A stretch of DNA of 64,000 bases from positions 546,594-610,593 of the forward strand of contig NMRA01000152.1 of the NCBI GenBank assembly GCA_002633005.1. Reading direction: 5' to 3'. This stretch comes from Phoronis australis (lineage: Eukaryota > Animalia > Phoronida). Below, piece after piece: positions 26,701 through 41,700 of the stretch (its first letter is position 1; each line of letters opens with the position of its first letter). The notes below the pieces were generated by a model. It made no database searches. It worked only from the letters and a program-made list of their open reading frames with translations, and had not been told where the DNA came from. The position numbers were made by a program, and so were the translations under genes.

Positions 26701-29700
26701 TCACCCTGTANCTCCTCCAATACCTGTCGTTCCAGCTCCTCAGCGAATGCATCCAAGTCAAGATCCCTTAGCCTCTCGGGACTCTCCAAGATCTCTTCCA
26801 GCGCCCCCGCAGGGTTGGCATCCTCCGCAGTGTCATCATACTCCAGCGCATCAACGGCCATCTTACGCGCCCAGTCGTATGTTTCTGGATGGACACGTGA
26901 ACCGTCCAACACTTCCACATAAGCATCAGTGCTGGAAGACAGACAGAAGTATCAAGAAACACCATCAACGTAGGTTATGGGGGTAAAAAACAAAGAAAAA
27001 TGGAAAGGGGCAGGATGGATACATGTTGTGAGCAGCATAATAACAAAAACATCACTTATATTGATCCCATAACAAAATTACCTTCAGGGATGGAGACTCT
27101 TGATATGAATACCTCCCATTCATTAAGACAATGTTCAAAAAGCCTTACAATGCACTCAGCTACACTTAAGTAAAGTATGACCGAAGACGATGTGATCAAG
27201 CGACTGAGAACATTGGCATTACAGTAAAGGCGTGATCTTATTAGAGCAGATTTTTATGAGGTAAAATAATCTCATACTAGACAAAAACAGGAGCAATTAA
27301 AGAGAAATGAAAATACGATAACACAAATACAGCAGTGATGCTCATCAAAGAAACTAATTATGTTAGTATAACATGTAAGAACGCTTGTTAGAAATATTTT
27401 ACCTGTCTAACTCGAAGTACTCGCTACAAAAATTAGATGTGGGCCAGAGTACTAACTCCAGCTCAAGAGACTGAGACACAGATAGACATTGCACATTAGT
27501 TAGAAATTAAGCCGGCAAAAAAGAAAAAGCTGAAATGTTTCCATTCAATCGGAATGTTTCTCACATAATGATTTTCCTAAAATAAGTGAAATTTTACAGC
27601 AAAAATCACGTTAATGTGATGCTTCATCATAGTTTCCAACCCAAAAAAATAAGTAAACAATCACTTATAAGCAAAATGTGCTCATATCTGGATCCATTAA
27701 TTTTCTTAATTGACACTTAGGGTTCTAAGTGATAAACGCGCACTGGGCAACAAAAAAGCGACATTAATAAATTAACATTTCAGTTTCTTGATACATACGA
27801 GTCTCCGATGGAATTTGTGTCGATCTTGATGAAACCAGCGCAGTTGACGAACACCTTTGGCCCCATATTACACACCATGACCAGCTGTGACCTGTTCTCT
27901 AGCCGCCCATTATTCTGTTTCAATGTCTGTGAGAACAAGAAGGTGTCGCCTTATACTGAATCACTTAAACACAATGGGCAAAAGAAATCATTGCTTGGCC
28001 TAAGCAATGACAAGTCATTGCTTGGCCTAAGCAATGACAAGTCATTGCTTGGCCTAAGCAATGACAAGTCATTGCTTGGCCTAAGCAATGACAAGCCATT
28101 GCTTGGCCTAAGCAACACCATGGTGTTAAACTAGGCCCGTTTCTTGAAAAGATATTTTCTGAAGTTATTATCAGGAAATGAGCTTTCATCCGACAGAGCT
28201 TGCACCATGAAAACTCGGCAAAAGACTCCAGGCAGCAAATCATTCAATGAATAATAATAATAGTCATAGTAATAATGTTAATAGAAATAACATTTTACTT
28301 TTGAGCACTAAATCCAATTCTTCATAGCCAAACATTCGTTTTCACCAACAACTCAAAAGAAGTAAGGACATGGTTATTAAAAATGCCATAACATCAAACC
28401 AAGCTCAGGAGTCCAACAGCTTAAAAATTCAGCAACACATTTCTGATCAATAAAATCAATAAAACTATAGTCCAAATATTTGGGACTTATTTCTTCTGAG
28501 GATTTAAAGTGGAATTTGCAGTCTAATTTACTAATCTCAGTGGTTGCTTGGCCAAATAAGTAAGAAAGACAACATAATATCGAGATGATGTGAATATGAA
28601 GTAGCTTGACAGTTGCCAAATGTTTTTAAGGTTGAATTTTGTGGTGAAAATGATCCGTCGTAAGTCACTGAACCATGTCCAGTAAGTATCCTGACGTGGT
28701 GCTAGGGAATAACACTGCATGATGCGGGCTATGTGAGCCTGTGAGGTACGTCACACAATTTTTGAGGACACCTCCTTAACTTTTCAGGCAAAACTACAGT
28801 TGACATATTCCATGATCAAACCACAGGATCATGGCACATCGACCAGACTTCGCAAAGACCTCACCTTGAGTATGAACTGTGCCTTGCGAGGTCCGAGGCC
28901 ACATATGAACTGAACCAAGGGTACTGTGTGTGGATGATTGATAGCTCTATTAAGGTCGACGCCCACCTCGTTCACACGGTTGACAAACTCCAGATAAAGT
29001 GCACTCAGTAGTTCCTCCTTACTCACTTGATCCTGAAATTACAGGGGATGGAATGTTCTGATAGATGTAAACAAAGCTTCTTTATTAGTTAATCTCCAAG
29101 AAGAAGAGCCAACATCAAAAGAGTCAATCGCAGCGAAAGTGAGATGGACTAATAGATATTGATTCATCAGGTAAATATCAATATGTTTAGTTGAAAAATA
29201 AAATTTCACAAAACTCATGAATGAATATTATAGTAAGATAACACAAAAAGCACAATGTGCTGCCATAATATGAACACAAGCAAGTCAGTGTTGCATTTTA
29301 AGTCTTGCCATCACGCCATCTCTTGGCCACATCTGATGTGGCCAACAGATGGCGTGCTGACAAGACTTAAAATGTTTGTAACATATTTCCACGCCATATT
29401 GAGATTGACATATTTATATACAAAGTCAGTGTTGACAGTCTAATGTGAGTTTCATATCTTTCTTCCACCTGACTAGAACTCGTGTTCTCTTCATCAGGTT
29501 TGTGTTAAAAATGTCTTTTGTGTCAAGGATTTTGCCATAACCAAGTTCACAACTAATTTGGCATGCCAACAACGCAATCACTCTACAAAGCCTACTACCA
29601 ACCTGCAATGGGTGGTACTTCAGGTTAAGTAAGTCTTCGTCAGGGTTACACAGCTGGGCGAACTCAACCAGTGGGTCCTGTAGACGGCGAGCTATGGCGA

Positions 29701-32700
29701 TAGCCTGCCTCAGCATGGGTGGATACTCACGAAATGAGGCCTACAGTGAGAACAAGGAACTAGACATATACATGCAGTCACATGCAGTCTTTACACTCGT
29801 TGAAAGCACCAACAGTTTGGATTCAACATAGTTATTACTTTCTTATACCTTCGCAACTTNATGTGCTCATATGTGGATCCATTAATTTTCTTAATTAACA
29901 CTTAGGGTTCTAAGTGATAAACGCGCACTGGGCAACAAAAAAGCGACATTAATAAATTAACATTTCAGTTTCTTGATACATACGAGTCACCGATGGAATT
30001 TGTGTCGATCTTGATGAAACCAGCGCAGTTGACGAACACCTTTGGCCCCATATTACACACCATGACCAGCTGTGACCTGTTCTCTAGCCGCCCATTATTC
30101 TGTTTCAATGTCTGTGGGAACAAGAAGGTGTTGCCTTATACTGAATCACTTAAACACAATGGGCAAAAGAAATCATTGCTTGGCCTAAGCAATGACAAGT
30201 CATTGCTTGGCCTAAGCAATGACAAGTCATTGCTTGGCCTAAGAAATGACAAGTCATTGCTTGGCCTAAGCAATGAGAAACCATTGCTTGGTCTAAGCAA
30301 CAACATCGTGTTAAACTAGGCCTGTTTCTTGAAAAGATATTATTCTGAAGTTATTATCAGGAAATCAGCTTTCATCCGACAGAGCTTCCACCATGAAAAC
30401 TTGGCAAAAGACTCCAGACAGCAAATCCTTCAATGAATAATAATAAGTCATAGTAATAGTATTAATTAAAACATTTTACTTTTGAGCACTAAATCCAATT
30501 CTTCATTGCCAAACATTCGCTTTCACCATCAACTCAAAAGAAGTAAGGACATGGTTATTAAAAATGCCATATCATAACATCAAACCAAGCTCAGGAGTCC
30601 AACAGCTTAAAAATTCAGCAACACAACTCTGATCAACAAAATCAATTTAAAACTATAGTCCAAATATTTGGGACTTATTTCTTCTGAGGATTTCAAGTGG
30701 AATTTGCAGGCTAATTTACTAATCTCTGTGGTTACTTGGCCAAATAATTAAGAAACACAACATATCGAGATGATGTGAATATGAAGTAGCTTGACAGTTG
30801 CCAAATGATTTTAAGATCGAATTTTGTGGTAAAAATGATCCGTCGTAAGTCACTGAACCATGTCTAGTAAGTATCCTGAGGTGGTGCTGGGGAATAACAC
30901 TGCATGATGCGGGCTATGTGAGCCCGTGAGGTACGTCACACAATTTTTGAGGACACTTCCTTAACTTTTCAGGCAAAACTACAGTTGACATATTCCATGA
31001 TCAAACCACAGGATCATGGCACATCGACCAGACTTCGCAGTAGACCTCACCTTGAGTATGAACTGTGCCTTGCGAGGTCCGAGGCCACATATGAACTGAA
31101 CCAAGGGTACTGTGTGTGGATGATTGATAGCTCTATTAAGGTCGACGCCCACCTCGTTCACACGGTTGACAAACTCCAGATAAAGTGCACTCAATAGTTC
31201 CTCCTTACTCACTTGATCCTGAAATTACAGGGGATGGAATGTTCTGATAGATGTAAACAAAGCTTATTTATTAGTTAATCTCCAAGAAGAAGAGCCAACA
31301 TCAAAAGTGTCAATCGCAGCAAAAATGCGATGGACAAATAAATATTGATTCATCAGGTAAATATGAATATGTTTAGCTGAAAAATAAAATTTCACAAAAC
31401 TCATGAATGAATATTATGGTAAGATAACACAAAAAGTACAATGTGCTGCCATAATATGAACACGAGCAAGTCAGTGTTGCATTTTAAGTCTTGTCATCAC
31501 GCCATATCTTGGCCACATCTGATGTGGCCAACAGATGGCGTGCTGACGCCATATCGAGATTGACATATTTATATACAAAGTCAGTGTTGACAGTGTAATG
31601 TAAGTTTCATATCTTTCTTCCACCTCACTAGAACTTGTGTTCTCTTCATCAGGTTTGTGTTAAAAATGTCTTTTGCGTCAAGGATTTTGCCATAACCAAG
31701 TTCACAACTAATGTGGCATGCCAACGACGCAATCACTCTATAAAGCCTACTACCAACCTGCAATGGGTGGTACTTCAGGTTAAGTAAGTCTTCGTCAGGG
31801 TTACACAGCTGGGCGAACTCAACCAGTGGGTCCTGTAGACGGCGAGCTATAGCGATAGCCTGCCTCAGCATGGGTGGATACTCACGAAACGAGGCCTACA
31901 GTGAGAACAAGGAACTAGACATATACATGCAGTCACATGCAGTCTTTACACTCGTTGAAAGCACCAACAGTTTGGATTCAACACAGTTATTACTTTCTTA
32001 TACCTTTGCAACTTATTCCGAAATAAGATCTGACATCAGCTCAAGGTTGACATTACAATTAAGGACTGAGCTCTCTAAGTAGTATATCTACTTATTAGTA
32101 AGAGAACTTAAGATTTGTTTGCATTTACTTTTGCTTTTTGTTAATTGTAAAACTCGATCATCAAGGTGCTTTTAAAAGGACAATATGTCACTAAATTACA
32201 AAAAGGAAGTAAAAACTTTCAACTTGCATTTGTCGACCACCTTATGCAAAGAAAACATCTGTTTTTACATTTATCGCCTTACAGCAACGTCGTAAAAACT
32301 GTTCACGTCGTGTTATACGTAAAAGTATACGTAAAAGTACACGAAACAGTTTTTCATAGAATATAAAGCTCTCTATTGCCTTAAAAGTCGTTGTACAACT
32401 GACACTTGAAATAAGATTCTACTACACAATAAACGGCGCTCAAACAAATAGTTCAGTCTAAGGCCATCCACATATTATAGTTGTTTGTAACTGAATGAAC
32501 ACACCCACTCACAGCCCCGCTGTTTAGACATTATGGTGCCAACATCTTCTAACCTTATTCTAACTATCCAATCAAAGGTCACCTGATACAAAACTCAACC
32601 ATAATCCTTCAAAAGCCACAGCCAAGCCTTAAACACAGGCCAGCATATACAGAAGATCATCCAATCACAATCAGTACCTGACTAATATCTCAGGCCAATA

Positions 32701-35700
32701 GACATGCATATCTCATCAACATAATTGCATAACAAGGCTTGATATAAGCAAGAAAACGCTTGCAAATACGAGTGCGAAAAATTGACTAGAAAATTGGTCT
32801 CACCGAGCCAATGTCTGGCATTTTAGTTTTTGGTCACTACTCCTTATGAGCCCAAACCCGGGAAAACGAGTGGCAAATATGCTGTCACATGTATTTAAAG
32901 TGGACATTTTTGACTGTCTCAAGTGCCGTTTAATCACACTACTTCAAGAAGCCACACCTCCATTCCCACCTGTACACCAGATCAATCTCATACCTCAGCT
33001 CTGTTTGAATTCATGAACACAATAGCCTCCTCATTGTCCACCAGCTCAACACTGATAGGAGCCATCTGACTCTCTTGTTCAAGGTCAGAGACGCACCCTC
33101 GAACGTCCTCGATGAGGTCAACTGCATTTCGGGACTGGGCTGCCACACCTATGACACGTGGTTTTTTGGTGGCGATAAAATCTTTGAGCTTTTCTAAATC
33201 AGCCAACTGAAACAGAAAAATCCAAAATAAACAATACGCCGACTGAACAATTTTGTGACTTTTGTGCATTTGTCAATTATCAAATACTGAAGCTGAATTA
33301 ACCACCATTCAGTTAAAGTGAGGAAACAATTCTATGACAACTATTCAGTTTCATTAAAGCTTGAAATAACATAAACTGAAATGTTCTGAACATCTTCCGT
33401 TTCAACACTTTCAGAAATAATTAGATTTTCATGTTTTTAGGTCACAACACAACATTTGAAAACAACACAAAGCTCAGGAACGTCAAACTTTACTCGAGAA
33501 TCGACACAAAAATTTACCAATTGCATGGCATGGTTTGAATAAACATTTAAATTTCCTCGAAGAAGTTATTGGCTAAATTTCGAGTAGTGTCAAGTACAGT
33601 ACATGTTGTCCTGGGGCGTAAGATCTAACAATAGACACGAGCAACACTAACCTTGGCCTCCCTATCCTGTTTTAAGAACGCATTTTTCCGTTTCATAATT
33701 CCTGGCAACCTCAGGTAGTCACTCACTTCCCCTTCCCCATCAACAAGACATGCAAACGACGCTTCATTCCTGAATTGAAAACATGACAACTAATGAAAAT
33801 CCACGTACACCAATGAAACCACACTATACATAATTTTCATTCAAAACTACTACGATAAAAAGGAGACGCCATTACTGGTACATAACAAAATGGAAAAACC
33901 ATGACAGCAATTTTATTCATAATAGACTGGGCTTAATTTGTTTATTTTTATTTGTCTTTTTATTTTCCCGGAAGTCACATGGCTGCCAAGTTTCACAACC
34001 CTCAACTAATTTTAAAGATGGGTGAATTTGAAGTCCAGCGCACACCACTTTTGGTTGAGGCCAGAGCACCTGAACTCCGGCTGACCAGTGGTCCAACCTG
34101 AGCATTTAAGGGTTCAGCAAGTAAAATATTCATCAGTTCCATGGTATTGTACCACAACAAATTTGAGAGACAAATTCTGCATGTATACACTTAACTAGCA
34201 GGGTCCAGATTAGATGCATTTTAACTGATCTTGCAGAGTACACATTTTCAAAGAATAATCCTGCCACCAGCGCCACCTACATTTCAGTTGGGTAGCAGAT
34301 GGCCATGACAGGGACGCCCTCGGAACTCTCAAAGTCTTCATCGTCCTCCAGCTGATGATCGGGTTGATAGGGCGCCACCTAATAGCAGACATAAAAATAA
34401 CCACTTAAAGTGCAACATGCATTTAAAATATGAGCACTGACAACAATGTTGCGCTTTCATATGGGATCTCATAATTTCTTAGTTTCCTTATATTAATATT
34501 ATTAATATTAATATTATAAGTCATAAGTTTGCAGTAGGTACACTTTTGTTTTACATCCATATCACACACTACACACCTCACTGCCTCATGTTAGATTCAT
34601 TTCCTTACCATTACCCCTCGTCTTCCACCCCTGCTACCCAACCACACCTCTCTCCCCTCTCACCTTCAGACAGTTGTACAGTTTACGACAACACGCCTTG
34701 ATCACTCCATCCTTAGCCTCCTGAAGCAGCTTCGTTTTGATCTCCTGCGCCATCTGTGGGTAGAGGATAAGAGTCAGCGCCCTCTCCAGTGCTTGGCTAC
34801 GCTGAGCGTTCCAGGCTTGCACCAATGAGCTAAACTCATCCTGAAGAATGAAAAGAAATTTAACTTCTACATAAAAACAACACACCTACTGTCACAGGAA
34901 GGTGCAGTATAACTATACAGTAGGCCCAGGCATAGAGTCTGGTCCATGGGAACTGAATTTGAACTCACAGCATTATACCGAAACACAAGTACATTTTTAG
35001 GACACCCCATTTCTAACCACAATTTTCAGTACGTCTTACCCTGTAGTAGAGCTGGCGGATCTCCTCAAAGTACGTGGGTATCCTGGACTTCTTGTCTTCA
35101 TCAATGACCACTTCATAAGTCATCAACTGCTCCTCAACAGCCTGACAATATTATGTTAAAATTGCACCGTGTAGAACTTTAGAACAGTAATTTAACAAGA
35201 ATACTGGAGGCTTTAAGTTAAGTAAAACTGTGAAAATACAGAAATGTTTAAAAATTATACAACAGTTGTACTTTAACTTAGAGTTTAAGCGAAACTAAAT
35301 ATTGGATACAAATTGCTCCAGACATTTTATAGAGTAATACTGGTAAAATATTAAATTACAATGATGCTGTAGAAGTGCTAGAGCACTGGCAAACACGCAA
35401 GAAATGGTAAAAACAATCGATAGTGATTACGAGGCAAAGAGCATGCCTTGAGAGTGGGATCATCACGAACAAACTTGTCCATAGCTAACAGTTGAGCGTA
35501 TCCAATACAACCTTCAGATAGCAACTTGGACACCTGCATAATGGCAGCCACCCTGCGTGTGACGGGGAAAACGACCAGTTTTAAATGACTCACTATTGTT
35601 AGCTTCAGGAACTGATCTGCCCGGAACTCTTTCACTGGCTTCAGCCGTAGGTATTTAAATTGAAAACACGGGTGGAACTCGTCTATCATCTGTAAATAGA

Positions 35701-38700
35701 CAAATTACTGTGATAAACCATGTTGTCCTGCTTATTTATAATCCTTACATTATGACCTGTTTCATGACCTTGTGAAGCAGTTTCCTTTGAACTGGTGCTA
35801 GTGTAATACAAATGTCACCAGGAACTGATTCCAAGTTTTAAACACCTTTGCTTTCGTCGTTTCACATACTTTTATCAGTAAGATAACGATATTCTCCATG
35901 TTCTGAAGGATAAACCACTCTTAAAGAGTCAGAAATTTATAAAGCGTGGCCTCCCAATATATATTAAGAAAATTTTCCCTTGAAGATTCAGTGCTTTGTC
36001 ATTTACACATTGAAATTTGTTTGCAATGCAAAGAAACACAGTCATACAGACAACCCACATTAAAATCATAAACTCGAAGTCTGACGCAGCAAACTTTTTA
36101 CAGTGAGATACCTTCATGCCTTTTTTGGTGGGCCTGCAGTTGATCTTGGCCCTTTCGTGAAATGTCTGTCGTACGCACTGCCTGACAATGGGGTCATGAG
36201 CTATCTGCATGGCCACCACGTGACGAACTCCTTTAAGGACGTCTTCCTCGTTGGGGAATTGACTATAAAAGAAGCAAGAGCTGAAACGCACGAATAAACA
36301 CAAACTTTTTTCTCCCTTGGAAAGCTATATTCAATGTCAAACAAAGTACACCATTTGAATCATTTGTAGTTCAGGTGATAATCAAGTTCAGATAGGAAAT
36401 TTGTCAGCTATCTGGTAGCTACATGCCGTCCACACTAAGTCCACCACTGACATCAGAGCGTCCAGTGTGAAGACCACAAGATGTCAGGCTTAAACAACCA
36501 ATCAAAAACAAACCGCCACACACATACACGGCTGTAAAAACCTAAAACACGAGACACAGCAAACAGAGATTCTGAACTGAGTAACGCGTATAAAAGTACA
36601 TCACTGGATCAACACCCACTCCCATAAATTGCGAGTTTCTCAACGCAAATGTTGTTGGTGTCAAGCCGAAAGATGCTCTTAATTAATATGTTGCCTTCTT
36701 CTTGAAATATCTGCGTAGCTAGTGACTATCAACTCATAAAAGCGTACATTGTCTGAAACTAGGAATTACGACAAATCTAATGATGTCATTTACATCTATG
36801 TACCATTCTCGAGGTCACGTGACCATGCGTTTTTGGGAAAAATGTCATTTTTTGAAAGGTACATCAATAGGGAAAAAGTCTTTACAACAGCACTTACTAA
36901 CCAAATTTTCAGCATAAAAACATTGAATGAAAATGCCCAGAAACCACGTCTGGGATTTTCCAATAACTAGCGCTGATGTTTTAATGGTATTTTTTATGAA
37001 ATTGGGCTACACGTAACCTTAACTTAGACAAATACAGTAATACCGTGTAAGATTGATGCAAGAAAAGACAAACTAGACAATAGTAGCATTTCCATGTGAA
37101 AATTGCTCGAAATAATCCCAGTATTGTTTCAGACCAACTTTACGAAGCAAAATGTTGCTTTGGACACATATTTACTGGGATTCTGAGTCCGACCAAACTT
37201 CACAAGACTGAAACAGGGAAAAATTATTCAGGAGTTCACGGCTCGCTCACTCAATTAAAATTCCAAGTCAGACTGCTCCTAACCAATAGCAGTGTTATAG
37301 CCTATGTAGTTTACTTAATTGTCAAACAGATCTTACGAGTGTCACAGATGTCTGACTAGAGCATTTTCAATGTCTCTTAATAGGGATTATCAAATTCACT
37401 GTGATTCTTGTTCCCACGGTTACACAACAGCTTGGTGGGAGTAATTCCAGTAAAAACATTCCTACGAAATTTCTGGGATTCTGAAATAGATGCGAACACT
37501 ACTACTGAACCAACAGAACACGCACCCGCATATTTTCTCCTGTGCCAACTCCATGGGTTCCTCTGGGAACTGATCCACTTCATTCTTCTGGTAGTTTTCT
37601 TTCAGATTCTCTCCAAACTGGTCAGGGCTAAGACCAAACCTTTTCGCAAACTCATCTACAAAGCACAGGACCAACAATCACCTGCTAGTGTCATAACACT
37701 AGTGTCTGTATAGCATAACATTTGTATAAACAAAAAACATACCACACTGTGTAATGTAGTCACCAACAATTCTACTTCTTCTTCTGTGTTCCCGATCAAG
37801 GAATTCAAATCATGCTTTTGATTAAGAAGTTCATGAAAAGCATGCACTTGTCCAATAATGTAGTTCCCACCAAATACCAACGATTAAAAGTACACAAGGG
37901 ACTCTGACAAAAATACAGCATTCCAAGATCAATTTCATGGATTATATAGCTAAGGGTAGCTACATCGTTTGGTTTGAATGACTACACAACATGTAAGTTA
38001 CACATTAATTGTTATTCATATTCATGTGCTAATTCAAAATCATATGTAGCAAATAACGGCAATATCATTCATTAATATTATATTTGAAAGAGGAATCCTA
38101 ATACACTTTTTCAGTTAAAAATATCCTCGTAATCAGAACAGCTCCTGGCAATGGCTACATACCTAGACCAGCGTCTTGACAAATGTGGTATCCTGTCTTC
38201 CTCGTGGCCTGTTTCAGGGGTGCATCTTGCTGCTCATTCATCTCGGCATCCTCCCCCTCACGTCCCTCCTCTGCCAGGGCCTTGGCCTTCTTAGCTTTTT
38301 CCGCGTTCTTCATCTTGGGGATGTCTCGTCCGTAGTAGAGCAGGAACTGCTGGTAGACGTCCCGAAGTTCCTCCATGGTCTCCACATTGCGAGCACTGGA
38401 TCAAATAGATAATCTTGACAGTCATGGGATTTATTAAAGATCAAATGTTCAATTATTTAATTTAGTTCATGAGTAATACATCTTTCCTGGTAACAGTAAT
38501 CTAGTTATCTTGTGCAAAAGTGAGTGCCAAAGTTGCATTTGTCTTGTTTTTCGAAGATTAGGTATCATGATACAAGTAGTCAGATTTAAGCAAATATTGT
38601 CTAATGCAAGCTGTGTGATACAAATAATTCTAAACTGAAGCACACGTTTCAGTACAGGTTATTTTGTTGGAAAATTTGATGACCACTTCTCCACCTTATT

Positions 38701-41700
38701 TCGAACTGAAGAGGTGACCAATTGCCATGCATAGAGCTGCAGTTTTGAATAGTACACTATCACATAGTTCAAGGGAACTAAATGACTACAAACAAATGCA
38801 AAGAATTTAAGACCAGAGATACAACATGCCACTCACATCTCGATATCTTCCTCTGTTAAAGCACGTATATTATCTGGAAGTGGTTCATCGGGGTCGGCGT
38901 TCTGCTCAAACTGAAACTGTTGCATCTTTTCGAACAGAGCGATCATATTCTCTTTGCGGCCTCTCAGTTGTGTCCACTACAATGAGAATCTCGGTGAAAT
39001 GTCCGTTTTCAGCCAAATTGTGACAGATATGACATTTTATTGTCATTATGTTAATGTCTTGGAACTGTGTGTTAACGAGAAAATCACATCTTACAGGTGA
39101 CATAGAAGACTGTGCAAGAAAGTTATTTAAAACTGCATGCAATCAAATATGACTTAAATATGCCTCTCTGCCACTGTATCATTGTAGAAATCAAAACCTG
39201 TGGCTTTGATACAACAAGCTCAAATTTTTAAATAGTCTCATGGTACATTCTCACTGTATGGTGAATGAAAACTCATTCCCAAGTTCAGTCATTTCTTACC
39301 TTTTCATCCCATTGCCAGACCTTCCACAGTTCACTAATGTTTAACTCTGGTTCCACGTATTCCTTACGGTAGAATGCTATAAATGGGACCTACAATCAAA
39401 AGACAAAGAGGCAACTAGAAATATTTGTTAAAAAATTCTAAGATATCACTCAAAAATGACATACGTCGAGATCTGATAAAATAAGACAATGAAGAAGCAG
39501 TTAAAAACATTTTAAAATCTGGTAAAAATAAATATAGTTAAAAAACCCAAATTAATTTTATATACTTTATTGGATTTTAAACTGATTCTTTTAAGCTGTT
39601 AAAAACTTTCATTTTAAAATCCGTTAAATATAAATATGGTTAAAAAACGCATATTAATTTTAAATATTTTTACTGGATTTTAAACTGCTTCTACACTGTC
39701 AAAGATTTCAGACAGATTAAAAAATAATTAAAGTTATACAAGACCCTATCAACAAGAATGTGCATTTTTGCCAGATACGTACAAAACCATAGCATTTAAC
39801 TAACTGTACATTAAAATATATTATATATCAAAGTAAAAAGCCAATAAAATTTGATTTGTACCACGTCTTTTCATTAAAAGTGACAAAAAAAGAAACAACC
39901 AACTTACATTCAAAGCAAAACAACACTACGGATAACATGACAAACTTTCATTATTTTCTCCATGATAGCAAGTAGCAGCATAAATTCAAGAAAATAACTA
40001 CGGTTTTAAAACTTGACATGTTTCGGTGTCATTTATTAAACACCATCCTCAGAAGTCATAAGGATAGTGTTTAATAAATGACACCGAAACATGTCAAGTT
40101 TTAAAACCGTAGTTATTTTCTTGAATTTCATTATTTTGATATACATGTTCAAGATGAAATTTCAAAATGGCTACAACAGCTATCTAAATTATCCACTTCT
40201 TTTCATTTTATGCAACTTCTTTGATGTTTTTCTTAACAATCTTAACAAGTTGCAATTTTTGATGGCCCCTCATGTCAAACTGGAACTTTTTAAAAACACT
40301 TTCAAATAGCAATATGGGGAACACTGCATAAAGTACAATATCTGAAATTTTCATTTAAAACTAATAAATCATTTCTGAGATACGTATTCCGAAGTTAGCC
40401 ACATTTGACATTTTTCTGAGGTTTCACATAACCTTTATTCCTCAAGTGGGAAAAATATAACAAGTAACCCAAACAAACCTCCAGGTGGTGTTTGCGCATG
40501 AAATTGAGCGCCTCACGAATCTTCTCTACAGTGTTAGGGCCCTTATTTTGTAGGTATTCAGAGTACCCGTCTCCTTGTTCCTGTCACAGAGAAATTGTCC
40601 AGCATTAAATCAAGAAAACAATAACACATTTGGTAAAACGAAGAGTAATCTGCGATAGAGCAAGATTCAGTGAAAATGCCGCCTCCATGTCTTAAGAGTT
40701 GTTCACCATATTCAGCATCTTCTGTGCAATGTTCAGGTATTCTGTTCTATTCTTTAAAAACATTTCGAGGGTGGCCTGCACTGCTATTAAAAATCTCAAA
40801 TTAAAACTGCAGTGATATAAAAGCAATCTAAACAAAGTCAACGACAGAAAGGGCTTCCACAATTGTGCAATAGTTTACAAATTAACCAATTTTTGAATCA
40901 TAACACTAGAAAAACGTGTTCAGCACGATATCTAGTACTCTGTCTCCGGCCATAAGTCCACTTGGATAGTGTGTGAAGATGACTAGTTTACCTGTACAGA
41001 TATAGGCAATGTGATGAAGGCGTGTTTATAGATCCACTCTGCCTCCTCCTCAATCTCACCATCATCCGGTGTCTTGACTGGGATAGACCGAAGCTGAACA
41101 ATAATAAAATAAAATAAAAATTACTATACGCTGTGAATAATCAAATGAATGATCCACGTTGGGAAGACGGCGACTATGATATCATCAACAATTGACCTAT
41201 TGTCAAGGTTTTGAATGATGGCTTAGATGACCAATCAGAACACAGGATTATTGACACACCTTCATTTCCAAGCTGCCATTTTACCCGACAAACAAGTAAA
41301 ACTTATTGTTTGTTTGTCGACTTTTTGCAAGGGGGTAGAGCTTGCAATAGGTTAAATTAGTGAGCATCACCAACACTCCAATTGGCACCACAATCACTGA
41401 GCTGAAAATAACTTCTGTAATCAGTAATTTTACCAGTTTAGCGAGTACGCTTAGCAAAGAGAGAGCATTTTGAGATTAAAGATGGAAATTGTACAAAATT
41501 ACTCAACACAGCTGCCTAACAATGGTAAATCTCATTAAAACACTGAATACGGAACTGTTAACATGTACCAGCAAATGAAATCCAAGAGAATTATCAGTAT
41601 CAAAATTACAGTCTGGAAAGAAACAATTCCTGTGTTTGGCATGAAAACGTTTGCAAACATCATGATTGGTAAAAGCATTAACAACGTGCAAATTAAGTTT

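Larger units (their letters stand above)
27676..29859 (-). other. SUPT6H: Second copy of SPT6 coding exons 21-23 plus introns (exons 29740-29603, 29032-28865, 27926-27799); probable uncollapsed haplotype
   Basis: Near-identical to 29861-32014 and joined to it by a single n at 29860. The four exonic differences I found are synonymous. The block adds 434 coding nt, so using both copies would frameshift. Confidence 0.88.

Noticed and set aside
27988-28115. Palindromic 27-bp repeats resembling CRISPR repeats
   Set aside because: Head-to-tail with no unique spacers, inside a eukaryotic intron, no cas genes.
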